The notes beneath the pieces are model-generated. The model was not told where the DNA came from and did not search any database. It was given only the letters and a program-made list of their open reading frames with translations. This document shows positions 8,392 through 17,410 of a stretch of 32,319 nucleotides of DNA, one piece after another. Origin of the DNA: a virus (Duplodnaviria; Caudoviricetes); the IMG/VR virus record IMGVR_UViG_3300035003_000005, positions 1 through 32,319 of that record; one strand, written 5' to 3'. Position numbers and translations under genes: made by a program. Within the stretch, counting starts at the first letter, position 1, and the number at the start of each line of letters is the position of its first letter.

Positions 8392-11189
8392 TGCTCAAGC
8401 ACCACTCCAGTAGGCGCAACCGGCTCGATCAGGGCGTTCTCAACGAACGCCTACAGGGGGCTGTGAGCTACGACCGCATCGCCGGCTACTTCCGCTCCAG
8501 CCTGCTTGAAGTCGCTGGAGAAGCGATCACTGGGGTAAGCGGCAAGGTGCGGATCATCTGCAACTCCGATCTCGATCCAGACGATCTAGCCACAGCCACC
8601 GCTGCCCAGGCGGCACTGCGCCGCAGTTGGTGTGCTGGCCAACCTGAACTAGCGCCCCCCAACGCCCTACCTCGTTACAAGGCGCTCTACGACGCCCTGC
8701 TCAGCGACAAGATCGAGATCCGAGTGCTGCCCGATACGGCCTTCGGGTTGATTCACGGCAAGGCGGGCGTGATCAGCTACGCCGATCGCCCCGCCACCGC
8801 CTTCCTCGGCAGCGTCAACGAAAGCGCCAGCGCCTGGAAGCTCAACTACGAGCTGCTCTGGGAAAGCGACGAGCCAGACACCATCGCCTGGGTGCAGGAG
8901 GAGTTTGACGCCCTCTGGAACGATCACCGCGCCCGCTCCCTGGCCGACTGCCCGTTCATCCAGAACGATGTGCAGCGGATCATCCACCGCCAGGTGGTGG
9001 AACCCGAGAAGCTGCAAACCAGCTCGGTGATGGAGGCTGCCGCCGCCGCCGCGGTGGAAACACCGATCTACCGGCGCGAGCAGGGTCTCTGGCCCCATCA
9101 GAAGTACTTCGCCAGCCTTGCCCTGGAACGCCATCGCCTCGGCGGGGCTCGCTTGGTGCTCGCCGATCAGGTGGGACTGGGCAAAACCATCCAGTTGGCC
9201 ATGGCTGCCCTGCTGATGGCCCTGGAGGATCCCCAAGGGGGACCGATCCTGGTGCTCGCCCCCAAGCCCTTGCTGCAGCAGTGGCGCGACGAGCTGATGG
9301 AGCTGCTGCAGCTGCCTTCTGCCTACTGGAACGGCCGCAGCTGGGTGGATGAAAACGATGTGGAGCACCCCTCGGAAGGGGTGAAGTCGCTCAGCAAATG
9401 CCCAAGGCGCATCGGGCTGGTGTCGCAGGGCCTGATCGTGCGGGGGATGCCGGATGCGATCCGACAGCTGCTCAACCAGCGCTACACCTGCGTCATCGTC
9501 GACGAAGCCCACCGGGCCAGGCGCCGCAACCGACCCAAGACGGATGCCGGCCAGCCGGAGGTGGATGAGAGGGCAGAGCCCAACAAGCTGATGAGCTTCC
9601 TCTGCCAGATCGGCGAGAAGACCAAAAGCATGCTGTTCGCCACCGCCACCCCGGTGCAGTTGCACCCGGTGGAGGCATGGGACCTGCTCTCGATCCTCTC
9701 CAACGGCAACGAAGGGGTTCTTGGTGGCAAGACCGCTACCAGCCGCTGGTTTAGCGCCTACCGCACGATCCAGATCGCCACCGGCGAGCAAAGCGTTCCG
9801 GCAGACGACGATTTCGAGGGCTGGCAATTCGTGATGGACCCTCTGCCCGCTTCCTCAGAGGATCCCGCAATTGAGAAGATCCGCCGGCACCTACGAGCTC
9901 CAGACAAGAAGTGGCAGTTCAGACCTGAGGATCTGGATAAGTTGCCCAATGCGTTGCGCCGCGTACAACTCAAGAACAAGCTGCTACCGGAGTACGGCGA
10001 GCGTTTCAACCCGATGCTGCGCTGCATCGTGCGCCGCACCCGCAGTTACCTGGAGCAGGAGATAAACCCGGCCACCGGCGGCTACTACCTCCCCAAGGTG
10101 GAGGTGAAGCTTTTCGGGGAAGACGACAACGACGCCATCAACCTTGGCGGCTACCTCAAGGACGCATACAAAGAAGCCGAGACGTTTAGTGAGCTCCTGC
10201 AGAAGCGGATGCGCGGGGCTGGCTTTTTCAAGACCCTGTTGCTGCGCCGCCTGGGCAGCTCCATGGAGGCTGGTCGAAACACCGTGGCCAAGCTGCTCAA
10301 CGTCTCACCAGACACAGGCGACGACGAGGACGAGGACGACATCGACGAAGACCTCTTCGGTAACGAGGGGCAGCCCCAGGGCTACAGCGAGTTCCGCAAC
10401 TTCTCCACAGATGAGATCACGTCCTTGGAGCGCTGCCTCAGGCTGCTGAAAGAGGGCAGCAAAAGCGACCCGAAGCTGGAAGCCATCCTCGGCTACCTAC
10501 TCGGCACCAACCCCAATGCGAGCGAACGCTGGGTGGACCGGGGCTGCATCCTCTTCTCGCAGTACTACGACACGGTGCGCTGGGTTGGCGAGCAGCTAGC
10601 CAAACACTCCGACATTCCCAGTGACCTGACGATCGGCCTCTATGCCGGCAGCAACCGTTCTGGGTTCTGGTTGGGCGGCCGTTTCCAACGCTGCGACCGC
10701 ACCCTGCTGAAAAACCGTGTGCGCAGTGGTGAGATCAAACTTCTGCTCGGCACCGACGCCGCCTCCGAAGGTCTCAACCTGCAGCGCCTCGGCACCCTGA
10801 TCAACATCGACCTTCCCTGGAATCCCACCCGCCTGGAGCAACGCAAGGGCCGGATCCAACGCATCGGCCAGGCCCGCAATCAAATCTGGATCGCCAACCT
10901 GCGCTACCGGGACTCTGTGGAAGACAAGGTGCACCGTGTGTTGGCCGAGCGCCTCCAGGCCATCCATGAGCTTTTCGGCCAGATCCCTGACACCCTGGAA
11001 GACGTCTGGGTGAAGGTGGCCCTCAACGATGAGGCCGAGATCGCCGAGCTGATCGATCAGACCACCGCCACCCGCAACCCCTTCGACAAGAAATACAGCA
11101 AAGTGGAAGACTCAGCCTGGGAAACCTGTGCATCAGTGCTCAACCCCATCAGCGTGCGGGAGTTGATGGAGACTGGGTGGGGAGGATAG
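8391..11189 (+). CDS. PLD-like nuclease fused to SNF2-type helicase
   Basis: HGK...GSVN PLD-like motif; DQVGLGKT, DEAH, TAT, EGLNLQ, QRKGRIQR; TAATG overlap with the methylase. Confidence 0.9.
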   Translation: MLKHHSSRRNRLDQGVLNERLQGAVSYDRIAGYFRSSLLEVAGEAITGVSGKVRIICNSDLDPDDLATATAAQAALRRSWCAGQPELAPPNALPRYKALYDALLSDKIEIRVLPDTAFGLIHGKAGVISYADRPATAFLGSVNESASAWKLNYELLWESDEPDTIAWVQEEFDALWNDHRARSLADCPFIQNDVQRIIHRQVVEPEKLQTSSVMEAAAAAAVETPIYRREQGLWPHQKYFASLALERHRLGGARLVLADQVGLGKTIQLAMAALLMALEDPQGGPILVLAPKPLLQQWRDELMELLQLPSAYWNGRSWVDENDVEHPSEGVKSLSKCPRRIGLVSQGLIVRGMPDAIRQLLNQRYTCVIVDEAHRARRRNRPKTDAGQPEVDERAEPNKLMSFLCQIGEKTKSMLFATATPVQLHPVEAWDLLSILSNGNEGVLGGKTATSRWFSAYRTIQIATGEQSVPADDDFEGWQFVMDPLPASSEDPAIEKIRRHLRAPDKKWQFRPEDLDKLPNALRRVQLKNKLLPEYGERFNPMLRCIVRRTRSYLEQEINPATGGYYLPKVEVKLFGEDDNDAINLGGYLKDAYKEAETFSELLQKRMRGAGFFKTLLLRRLGSSMEAGRNTVAKLLNVSPDTGDDEDEDDIDEDLFGNEGQPQGYSEFRNFSTDEITSLERCLRLLKEGSKSDPKLEAILGYLLGTNPNASERWVDRGCILFSQYYDTVRWVGEQLAKHSDIPSDLTIGLYAGSNRSGFWLGGRFQRCDRTLLKNRVRSGEIKLLLGTDAASEGLNLQRLGTLINIDLPWNPTRLEQRKGRIQRIGQARNQIWIANLRYRDSVEDKVHRVLAERLQAIHELFGQIPDTLEDVWVKVALNDEAEIAELIDQTTATRNPFDKKYSKVEDSAWETCASVLNPISVRELMETGWGG

Positions 11190-11193
11190 AGGA

Positions 11194-12621
11194 ATGTTTG
11201 AGGCTATCTGCTCGCAAACCCCAGAACAAAGACGCATCACGGCTGATGAAGCCTATTCTAAAGTTTTCAGACTTGAAGACTGGGGCTCAGTGCAGGTTCG
11301 AGATGGCTGGAGCTGCCCAGAATGCAGCCAACCTGTTTTCCTTAAAGGCCCACACGAGCGGATCAAAAAGAGTCATAGCTACGTCGTTCAGGCCCACTTC
11401 TGCCATCACTCTGCAGCTGCCGCAGAGAAGTGCGAGCTCTATAAGTCTGGAGGGTCTCGGATTGACTCACAAGTGAATACGGCCTACAGCAGCCGAATGC
11501 AGAGCCTGACACGTTTTGTTAGCAATGTGCTTGAGCGCCCAGGCCACCTAGAGGACCAGTTATTTGCTGAGGAAGAGGTACTTCTAGAGACAGCATCTGC
11601 ATTAGGCGCCAGCCCGGATCATAACTTTGAGGGAACAGGCCAGCTATACTTTCAAGTCAGGAGCACTTGCCTTTCTGCCGCTCGTTTACTGAAGACATAC
11701 GCAGCTCTTGACAACTTTCAGATCGGCATTCTTGCTCTTGGCGCCGATCAGAACGAGGGGCTTCAATCTGGATATCTTGCAGAAAAAGGGCGCGCCAATT
11801 GCCTTAGAAGACTATTTATCAAATTTGGAAAGAACCGTAAACACTACTTTCAAGCACTCGCCAAGGCTGGGCTACTGCCAATGCATGACCAAGTCGGAGA
11901 ACGTCTGATAAAGATACTATCCAAAGACAATACAGCAAGTGCGGCAAGGGGCCTGCCTCCTTTCTCTTCGCTTGAGATTCTCGGATCAATTCTCCTTAAC
12001 GCTCGAGCGATCAATCCTGGAGACCTTTCACTCAACCATTTGCAATATGTGTTTTCACTTCCTCTTCTCAGCGACAGAATATCTGGGTTTGAAAAGATTG
12101 AACTTGATCATGCAGCCCTGGGTGATGACGATCTGCAAGCAGAATCGACAAAAGCGAGAAGCAGTCTTCCACCCATTAGACTCACAAACCGTGGAAAGCT
12201 ACTAATTGAAAGCAAGCCCCTCCGTCAAATGGCCGAAGAAGGAGCAGAACCCAATCATCCTACATCTTTTATTCTGCCCGAGTCCAATCCTTCTGACAAC
12301 TGCTTTCTGCTAATTCCCGGAGAGAGATGTTTGCTATTGACTAGCTCACTTCACATAAATCCATGTGGATCTAACAGCGCTGCTCCTCTGAGTTCAGAGA
12401 TGTTGGACTCAGACCCTGAGCTTCCTCCCATGCTTTGGGATCAGAGAATATGTCTATTAACTCCCAATTTCAAAAATGCTGATATTGTGATAGACAGAGA
12501 ATCTTTCTTGTCAGTAATCAATGCGATGAAAAACGCCTTTGGAGATTCCTGTCGCATAGAGAAGGGCGGGCTGAAGCATAGAAGGACGCGCTCAGGATTG
12601 CAGATCACTATCAGTTCATGA
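11194..12621 (+). CDS. Hypothetical 475-aa protein with CoiA-like N-terminal Zn-binding motif
   Basis: CPEC...VFLK...AHFCH...C motif; 4 nt after helicase stop; GGAGG upstream; lower GC. Confidence 0.65.
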   Translation: MFEAICSQTPEQRRITADEAYSKVFRLEDWGSVQVRDGWSCPECSQPVFLKGPHERIKKSHSYVVQAHFCHHSAAAAEKCELYKSGGSRIDSQVNTAYSSRMQSLTRFVSNVLERPGHLEDQLFAEEEVLLETASALGASPDHNFEGTGQLYFQVRSTCLSAARLLKTYAALDNFQIGILALGADQNEGLQSGYLAEKGRANCLRRLFIKFGKNRKHYFQALAKAGLLPMHDQVGERLIKILSKDNTASAARGLPPFSSLEILGSILLNARAINPGDLSLNHLQYVFSLPLLSDRISGFEKIELDHAALGDDDLQAESTKARSSLPPIRLTNRGKLLIESKPLRQMAEEGAEPNHPTSFILPESNPSDNCFLLIPGERCLLLTSSLHINPCGSNSAAPLSSEMLDSDPELPPMLWDQRICLLTPNFKNADIVIDRESFLSVINAMKNAFGDSCRIEKGGLKHRRTRSGLQITISS

Positions 12622-12777
12622 CAGCTCCAAGGTCCTCCGACAAGTAACCTCCGAACAAAACAGCCAGCCCCTGCCATGCCTCCGGACAGATCAGATCTGC
12701 CGCCTGCCGCACCTCGCTGAGCACCTGGAACAGCACCATGGGCTGTTCAACGCAGCAATCAGATCGCCAGTCACCGG

Positions 12778-13237
12778 CCGAGCCCCGAGCAGCAGCTGGT
12801 GGAGAAGCTGCGGCGCATCGAGGCCCTGCGTGCCCGGCCCGGCAGCGAGGGGGAGCGCCATGCGGCCGAGCGGGCCCGCGAGCGCTTCCAGACCCGCCAC
12901 AAGGAGCTGGAGGCCGAGGAGCCGCCGATCGAATTCCGCTTCTCCCCTGGCGGATCAGTGGTCGCGCCACTTGTTCGTGGCTCTACTGCGCCGCTACGGC
13001 ATCTACCCTTACCGCTACCGCGGCCAGCGCCGCACCACGGTGATGGCGCGCCTGAGCCGGGCCTTTGTAAATGAAACGCTCTGGCCCGAATTCATGGAGC
13101 TGCAGGGTTCCCTAGCGGCCTACTTCGATGCCCTCACCGACCGGGTGATCTAACAGACCCTGGAGGTACAGGCTGGCGAGGCCGAGGAAACACCTGATGC
13201 GGCGCCGGCCCTGGCGCCCCAGGGATCGTTGCTGTAG
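12778..13237 (+). pseudogene. Disrupted conserved hypothetical (DUF2786-like N-terminus)
   Basis: EKLRRIEAL..PGSEGERHAA continues in another frame after an extra C at 12944-12947 (FRFS/LADQWSRHLFVALLRRYG); TAA at 13151-13153 with in-frame continuation to TAG 13237. Confidence 0.7.
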
Positions 13238-13274
13238 GGGGAGGGGTGTGGCGGCGGCACTGAGAGACTACGCT

Positions 13275-13340
13275 TCCTAAGCTAAGGTTAACCGGCAAAA
13301 ATGGGGAGCATTTTTGTCAGCGTTGAACCTACAGTTAGGC
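13275..13340 (-). mobile_element. Integron attC site (66 bp), degenerate R' core
   Basis: Minus strand GCCTAAC-TGT-AGGTT(C)AAC...CAAAAATG/CATTTTTG...GTTAACCT-TAG-CTTAGGA: RYYYAAC inverse core, extrahelical base, central stem. Confidence 0.75.
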
Positions 13341-13372
13341 GCGACCGCCTATTCGTTCGGTGCAGTGGGGTC

Positions 13373-14356
13373 TTAGAACGGTATTTCATCATCGAATGCG
13401 GATCGATTTTGCTTCGGTGTTGCCCCTTCGGGCAGAGGGAGCGTGCTCACAACGTATAGGTTCAGTATGTCCTCGCGATCCATGAAGAGGATTTGGCTTC
13501 GCTTGGATGCATCGAGCTTCCCGCCAAGCCAGTTTCTTGCCTGCTTGGTTATGTCGCCGCCGGCAATGATGAACGCGTGATCAACAAGCACTCTTTTGCT
13601 TGTTTCCGGATCAAAGATCTCGTGCCCCAGCATCATTAACGCTTGATTGTGAATTTCAGCGATGTTGGCGTTAGATCCTCTACTCACGCCTGATGCGTCC
13701 AGCTTACCCTTCTTCGCTTGCAGGCCAAAGTACAGGACATGCTGAGTGGGCAGAATGAACCGCATCCACACATCCTTCCCGTACTCAAGAGCTTTGTCCT
13801 TGTGGCCCGCCGACGTGATGCGGTGGTAGCCCAGTTGGCGAAACAGCGGTAGCAGGATGTGTTCAATCAGCTCGTCTTCCGAGCACGTGTCAAGATAGGT
13901 GCTAAGTTGTCCTCTTCTTTTTCTTTCGTTCGGCGTGTATGGTCGATGGGGATTGTTTGCGATAGAAATAGTCTTGGTGCCGATGTGTCGAACGTAAAGC
14001 GAGTTGTCTTCGCCATAGAACGCCTCGAAGCCTTCTCTTTCGAGAGGTTTGTTTAGTGCCTCAAGCGCATGTGTTCGGCCTGGGTCGTCGTCCTCGGCAT
14101 CAGATTTCTGCATCAATACACGCAGAAGGTGAACGAACCTTTCTGGCAACGCATGTGGAGCAGGTTGCGGCTCCTCAAGCAGTTCTGCTAAACGCTCAGA
14201 AGTCCATGCCCAACGTGTTGACCCATCGTGGAAGAAGTCCAAGTCACACTCCTCAAAGAACTGGGTGATGTAAAAACTTGACCGATATGGGAAATGCATC
14301 GAGTCGCCAACAACCATCTCCGCTATTGCGCGCAAGTTTCGAGTCTTGAACTTCAT
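13373..14356 (-). CDS. Cassette-borne PD-(D/E)xK (Mrr-like) nuclease with AbiJ-type-like N-terminal domain
   Basis: 327 aa; E...EYGKD...FGLQAK nuclease signature; N-terminal YRSSFYITQFFEEC...GSTRWAW. Confidence 0.7.
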   Translation of the reverse strand: MKFKTRNLRAIAEMVVGDSMHFPYRSSFYITQFFEECDLDFFHDGSTRWAWTSERLAELLEEPQPAPHALPERFVHLLRVLMQKSDAEDDDPGRTHALEALNKPLEREGFEAFYGEDNSLYVRHIGTKTISIANNPHRPYTPNERKRRGQLSTYLDTCSEDELIEHILLPLFRQLGYHRITSAGHKDKALEYGKDVWMRFILPTQHVLYFGLQAKKGKLDASGVSRGSNANIAEIHNQALMMLGHEIFDPETSKRVLVDHAFIIAGGDITKQARNWLGGKLDASKRSQILFMDREDILNLYVVSTLPLPEGATPKQNRSAFDDEIPF

Positions 14357-14395
14357 TCCGGCCCTCTCTGTTGAATGATGCTGAGTCGTTTGGGA

Positions 14396-14464
14396 GCCTA
14401 ATGCCCAGCTCCACCCAACGACAGCCGCTACGCGGTTGTCGTTGGGTGGAGCGCAGTGCTATGC
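14396..14464 (-). mobile_element. Degenerate attC site (69 bp)
   Basis: Minus strand GCATAGC (contains the stop codon) ... 21-bp near-perfect stem 14408-14452 ... ATTAGGC. Confidence 0.65.
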
Positions 14465-15445
14465 CATGGTTGGCAGGATGACATTTTGAGTAAACTCATC
14501 AGTTGAAAGTATTGCTGGTAGAGATTCTAGAACAAGAGAGCTTTTTGTGTATCCCGCCGAGCGTGTACCGTTCGCTATATTAGGGTAGTTACTAAACTTG
14601 ATTATGTTATATAGTGGCTTGAAAGTATTGACCAGCATAGCCTCAACCTCATTGGTAAGCTCGGCAGCATCCACTCGAAGTTTCGGCAAGCAATACTTTT
14701 CAAAAGATTCATTATCATCTTTGAAATCAAATTCGTGAATAATTGGATCGACGTTTTCAGACAGGCCAAGATTTAACAAAGGAAAAATATTGGCTTCGTC
14801 AAATCCAGAAATATCCAAAAGGATCAAGGATATTTCCAAGGATGACATAGTAGCATTTGAATCGAGGGTCCACTCCTTAGTAAGTATGGCTTGCATTTTT
14901 TCATGGCCCGTCAAGCGGTTCCATATCTCTTGCGAAAACGCCTGGCCGATGTAATGGACTTTATAATTGATATATTTTAAAATATCGCCGTCAATACTAG
15001 CCTTAAGACGTTCAGTAAGTACGTGGTGTATAAACTTCTGTGGTGTTAGCCAGAACAAGAAGTCGCCATCTAGTCGCCTTAGCTGAATTCCTGCAACATA
15101 ATTGAACGGCTCCGACTCGTCTGCTTGTGACCTATAGAACTGGATGTCTACAAGGAGCTCATCATCATCTGCAGCAAATCCATTAAGTCTTGGGTCAAAA
15201 ACGCATTTTAAAGGGCCAGAAGAGCTGCGGTCAGCTATATCAAAAGTCAACAACCCATCGGCAGAGCGAAGATTATGGAAATACGTCAGTGGTCGTTGAG
15301 CAATAATGTATATGGTACATGGCTGAAGAATAGCCTGAACTTCAGCCTCACTCTTTAAGAATTCAAATTCATAAGCAGTAACTATTGGATAGGCACACCG
15401 CGCGTGAATTTGTATATTTTTAATTCCCTGTGAACATTCAGTCAC
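14459..15445 (-). CDS. Cassette-borne GIY-YIG-like protein
   Basis: 328 aa, low GC; YIGQA..RLTGH and EAMLVNTFKPLYN match the GIY-YIG catalytic pattern; GTG start after AAGGGAAG. Confidence 0.6.
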   Translation of the reverse strand: MTECSQGIKNIQIHARCAYPIVTAYEFEFLKSEAEVQAILQPCTIYIIAQRPLTYFHNLRSADGLLTFDIADRSSSGPLKCVFDPRLNGFAADDDELLVDIQFYRSQADESEPFNYVAGIQLRRLDGDFLFWLTPQKFIHHVLTERLKASIDGDILKYINYKVHYIGQAFSQEIWNRLTGHEKMQAILTKEWTLDSNATMSSLEISLILLDISGFDEANIFPLLNLGLSENVDPIIHEFDFKDDNESFEKYCLPKLRVDAAELTNEVEAMLVNTFKPLYNIIKFSNYPNIANGTRSAGYTKSSLVLESLPAILSTDEFTQNVILPTMA

Positions 15446-15460
15446 GAGCTTCCCTTAATG

Positions 15461-15480
15461 GCATAACTTGTTAGTCGGCG
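15461..15480 (-). mobile_element. attI-like cassette entry site (GTTATGC core)
   Basis: Minus strand CGCCGACTAACAA-GTTATGC; core is complementary (1 mismatch) to GCATAGC at the end of the same cassette. Confidence 0.5.
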
Positions 15481-15513
15481 ATTTCCTAGAACCACGGAGA
15501 GCAGGCCTCACTT

Positions 15514-15613
15514 TCCGAGAACCAAGACCGAAACCAACGGGCCAAGCGGAGACCAACCAGTCAAACCAATGGATTTTAACGCCAACTCAACAGCCATGGT
15601 CATGGTTCTCGGA
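15514..15613. repeat. 16-bp inverted repeat (1 mismatch), 68-nt spacer
   Basis: tccgagaaccaagacc 15514-15529 vs ggtcatggttctcgga 15598-15613. Confidence 0.7.
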
Positions 15614-15812
15614 CCTGTGAACCACATGTGCGATTTGCCACACCATGTCTACGGCGCGTCAATCCCGAAGCGACCTACGCATGAGCACATGGGTTTAGTT
15701 CACGGTGGTGGTAACCCCGATCAGCCGAAAGAGGGGCTTGGCCATGGGGATGCCCTGTCTCCATTCCATGGCGGCAACAGCAGGAAGGAATGGGGGCCGA
15801 AGCCCCATGGGC

Positions 15813-16028
15813 TCAGAGCACCGAGATGGTGCTGCCCCTGGCGCCCTGCAGCTTGCGGGCGATCTCGTGCGCCTTGGCGGCCGGCACGAAGCGCAGCTTC
15901 TTGACGGGCTTGCCGCGCTTGCCAAAGAAGCGGACTTCAACGGGATGGGACCCGCCCTTGGCGCCATCGGCGTAGTGATGCTCGATGACGCAGCGGATTT
16001 CGCAGCAGGGGCCTTGTGGTGCAGCCAT
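15813..16028 (-). CDS. Small basic hypothetical protein (71 aa)
   Basis: Protein-like composition (VEVRFFGKRGKPVKKLRF); preceded by hairpin copy C. Confidence 0.7.
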   Translation of the reverse strand: MAAPQGPCCEIRCVIEHHYADGAKGGSHPVEVRFFGKRGKPVKKLRFVPAAKAHEIARKLQGARGSTISVL

Positions 16029-16072
16029 GGGAGGACTGGCGAGGGACGCGACAGAACTCGCCCCGGCGTGGC

Positions 16073-16123
16073 CGGTGAAGGCAAGGGGCCGCGCAGCGGC
16101 CTCGCGAAGCCCTTGCCGAACCG
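16073..16123 (-). promoter_or_regulatory. Hairpin leader, copy C
   Basis: ggcaaggg 16080-16087 / cccttgcc 16110-16117; inner ggccgc-gca-gcggcc as in copy A. Confidence 0.7.
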
Positions 16124-16336
16124 CAAGCCGAGGGCAACCTGTGACGCGCCCTTGCTGTTGCCGCCCATCGGCCCGCAGCCCCGCCCAGTGCTGAGGTGCT
16201 GCGTCGATCGCCCGTCGCTGAGCGAGACGAGGCCCAGGCGTGGCAAGAGCTCCACAGGGCAGGGACCGCTCCGCTGTTGGCTGCGCAACCCACAGGTCCT
16301 TGCTCTCCCTCTACCAATCCCTCGTTCCATGTCGTC

Positions 16337-16591
16337 ATGCCTCCCTCCACCCGTGATCTCCTCGCTGCAGTCCTTGGGGAGCGACCGCTGACGACCGAGA
16401 CAAACGTCGTGGCCTCCCCCCACCCGCCTTCGGCAGCGGCAGATTCCTCCCCAGGGCCCTGGCGCGTCACCGCCCAGGTGCACGGCGGCAAGGTGCAGAT
16501 CAGTAACAACCGCGAGAGCCGGGTGGTGCGCAAAGCGGAGGTTGAGGTCTACCTCCGCGGCCACGGCCCTGCCGTCGCGCCCCGCCGCTGA
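16337..16591 (+). CDS. Hypothetical protein (84 aa)
   Basis: ATG 16337; GC3-rich codons; WRVTAQVHGGKVQISNN. Confidence 0.5.
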   Translation: MPPSTRDLLAAVLGERPLTTETNVVASPHPPSAAADSSPGPWRVTAQVHGGKVQISNNRESRVVRKAEVEVYLRGHGPAVAPRR

Positions 16592-16646
16592 AAAGGCTTG
16601 GCGCTGAGCGTCCTGGCAAGAGCTGGTGAGGTTTGCGCCGCCGGGG

Positions 16647-16934
16647 ATGGCCCGCCACCAATCCACCAACACCGGGCCAATCATGGCCCTGGTTGCCGCT
16701 GAGATCGCTGTCCTGCTCGCGTTCGTGGGGGTGTGCGAGCTTCGGGCCTCAGGCCCCGCGATCTGTGAACATCGCTGGAGCCTGGTGCTGCCCAGCGTTG
16801 CTCTGGTGGGACAGTCGGCGGCCACCTACTTCATGGACAGCGGCAGAGGTGGGGGCAGCCACCCCGATCCGCCCCGCAACACGCGAGGCCAGTTCACCCC
16901 CCGCCGCCGCCAGGACGACGAGCTTCCTGGCTGA
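16647..16934 (+). CDS. Small two-TM membrane protein, holin-like
   Basis: Two hydrophobic segments, charged C-terminus; upstream CTGGCAAGAG motif. Confidence 0.55.
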   Translation: MARHQSTNTGPIMALVAAEIAVLLAFVGVCELRASGPAICEHRWSLVLPSVALVGQSAATYFMDSGRGGGSHPDPPRNTRGQFTPRRRQDDELPG

Positions 16935-17278
16935 AGCGGCAGGCCCTTCTCCATGAAGACCCGTTGCCGCCAATGAAGACAGGTGTCGATCACCACGAAC
17001 GTCTTGCCCGCAGCGGTGGGCTGAACGATGGTGACGGCATCGGGATTCGGAGGCTTCATTGATGGAAGACACCCCCCCGGAGCAGACACCAGGAGCGCGC
17101 TGACGATCCGGCCCCTGCTCCAACACTCTCGACGGATCTCTGACGTTCCAGGCGTGTCACGCCGTCGCCGTCCACTGCACCGATCCAGGTGCCCCGGACC
17201 CAACGGAACGTCCCACTAGACACCTGGCCCCAGGTGCCAGCGCCAGCGGCTCCGAACCTTCAACCCAAGAATCCCAAG

Positions 17279-17306
17279 GCCCGGGGCCAACGCTCCGGGC
17301 TTTGTT
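17279..17306 (+). terminator. Possible intrinsic terminator
   Basis: gcccggggc-caac-gctccgggc stem (one G-U) followed by tttgtt. Confidence 0.35.
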
Positions 17307-17410
17307 GTGGTTATTGGGCGTCTGCATCCATCCAATGACTGTTGGAGGAAAGCCGGCGGCGCGAGATGTCTCCGTTGCCCAGCAAACCACACCCAGCTGG
17401 GCTGGGCGAC

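Noticed and set aside
15569-15904. ORF in the position expected for intI
   Set aside because: No tyrosine recombinase motifs and poor coding signal
16826-17059. Minus-strand ORF with PTAAGKT Walker-A-like motif
   Set aside because: Short, no other helicase motifs, overlaps a better gene; at most a remnant
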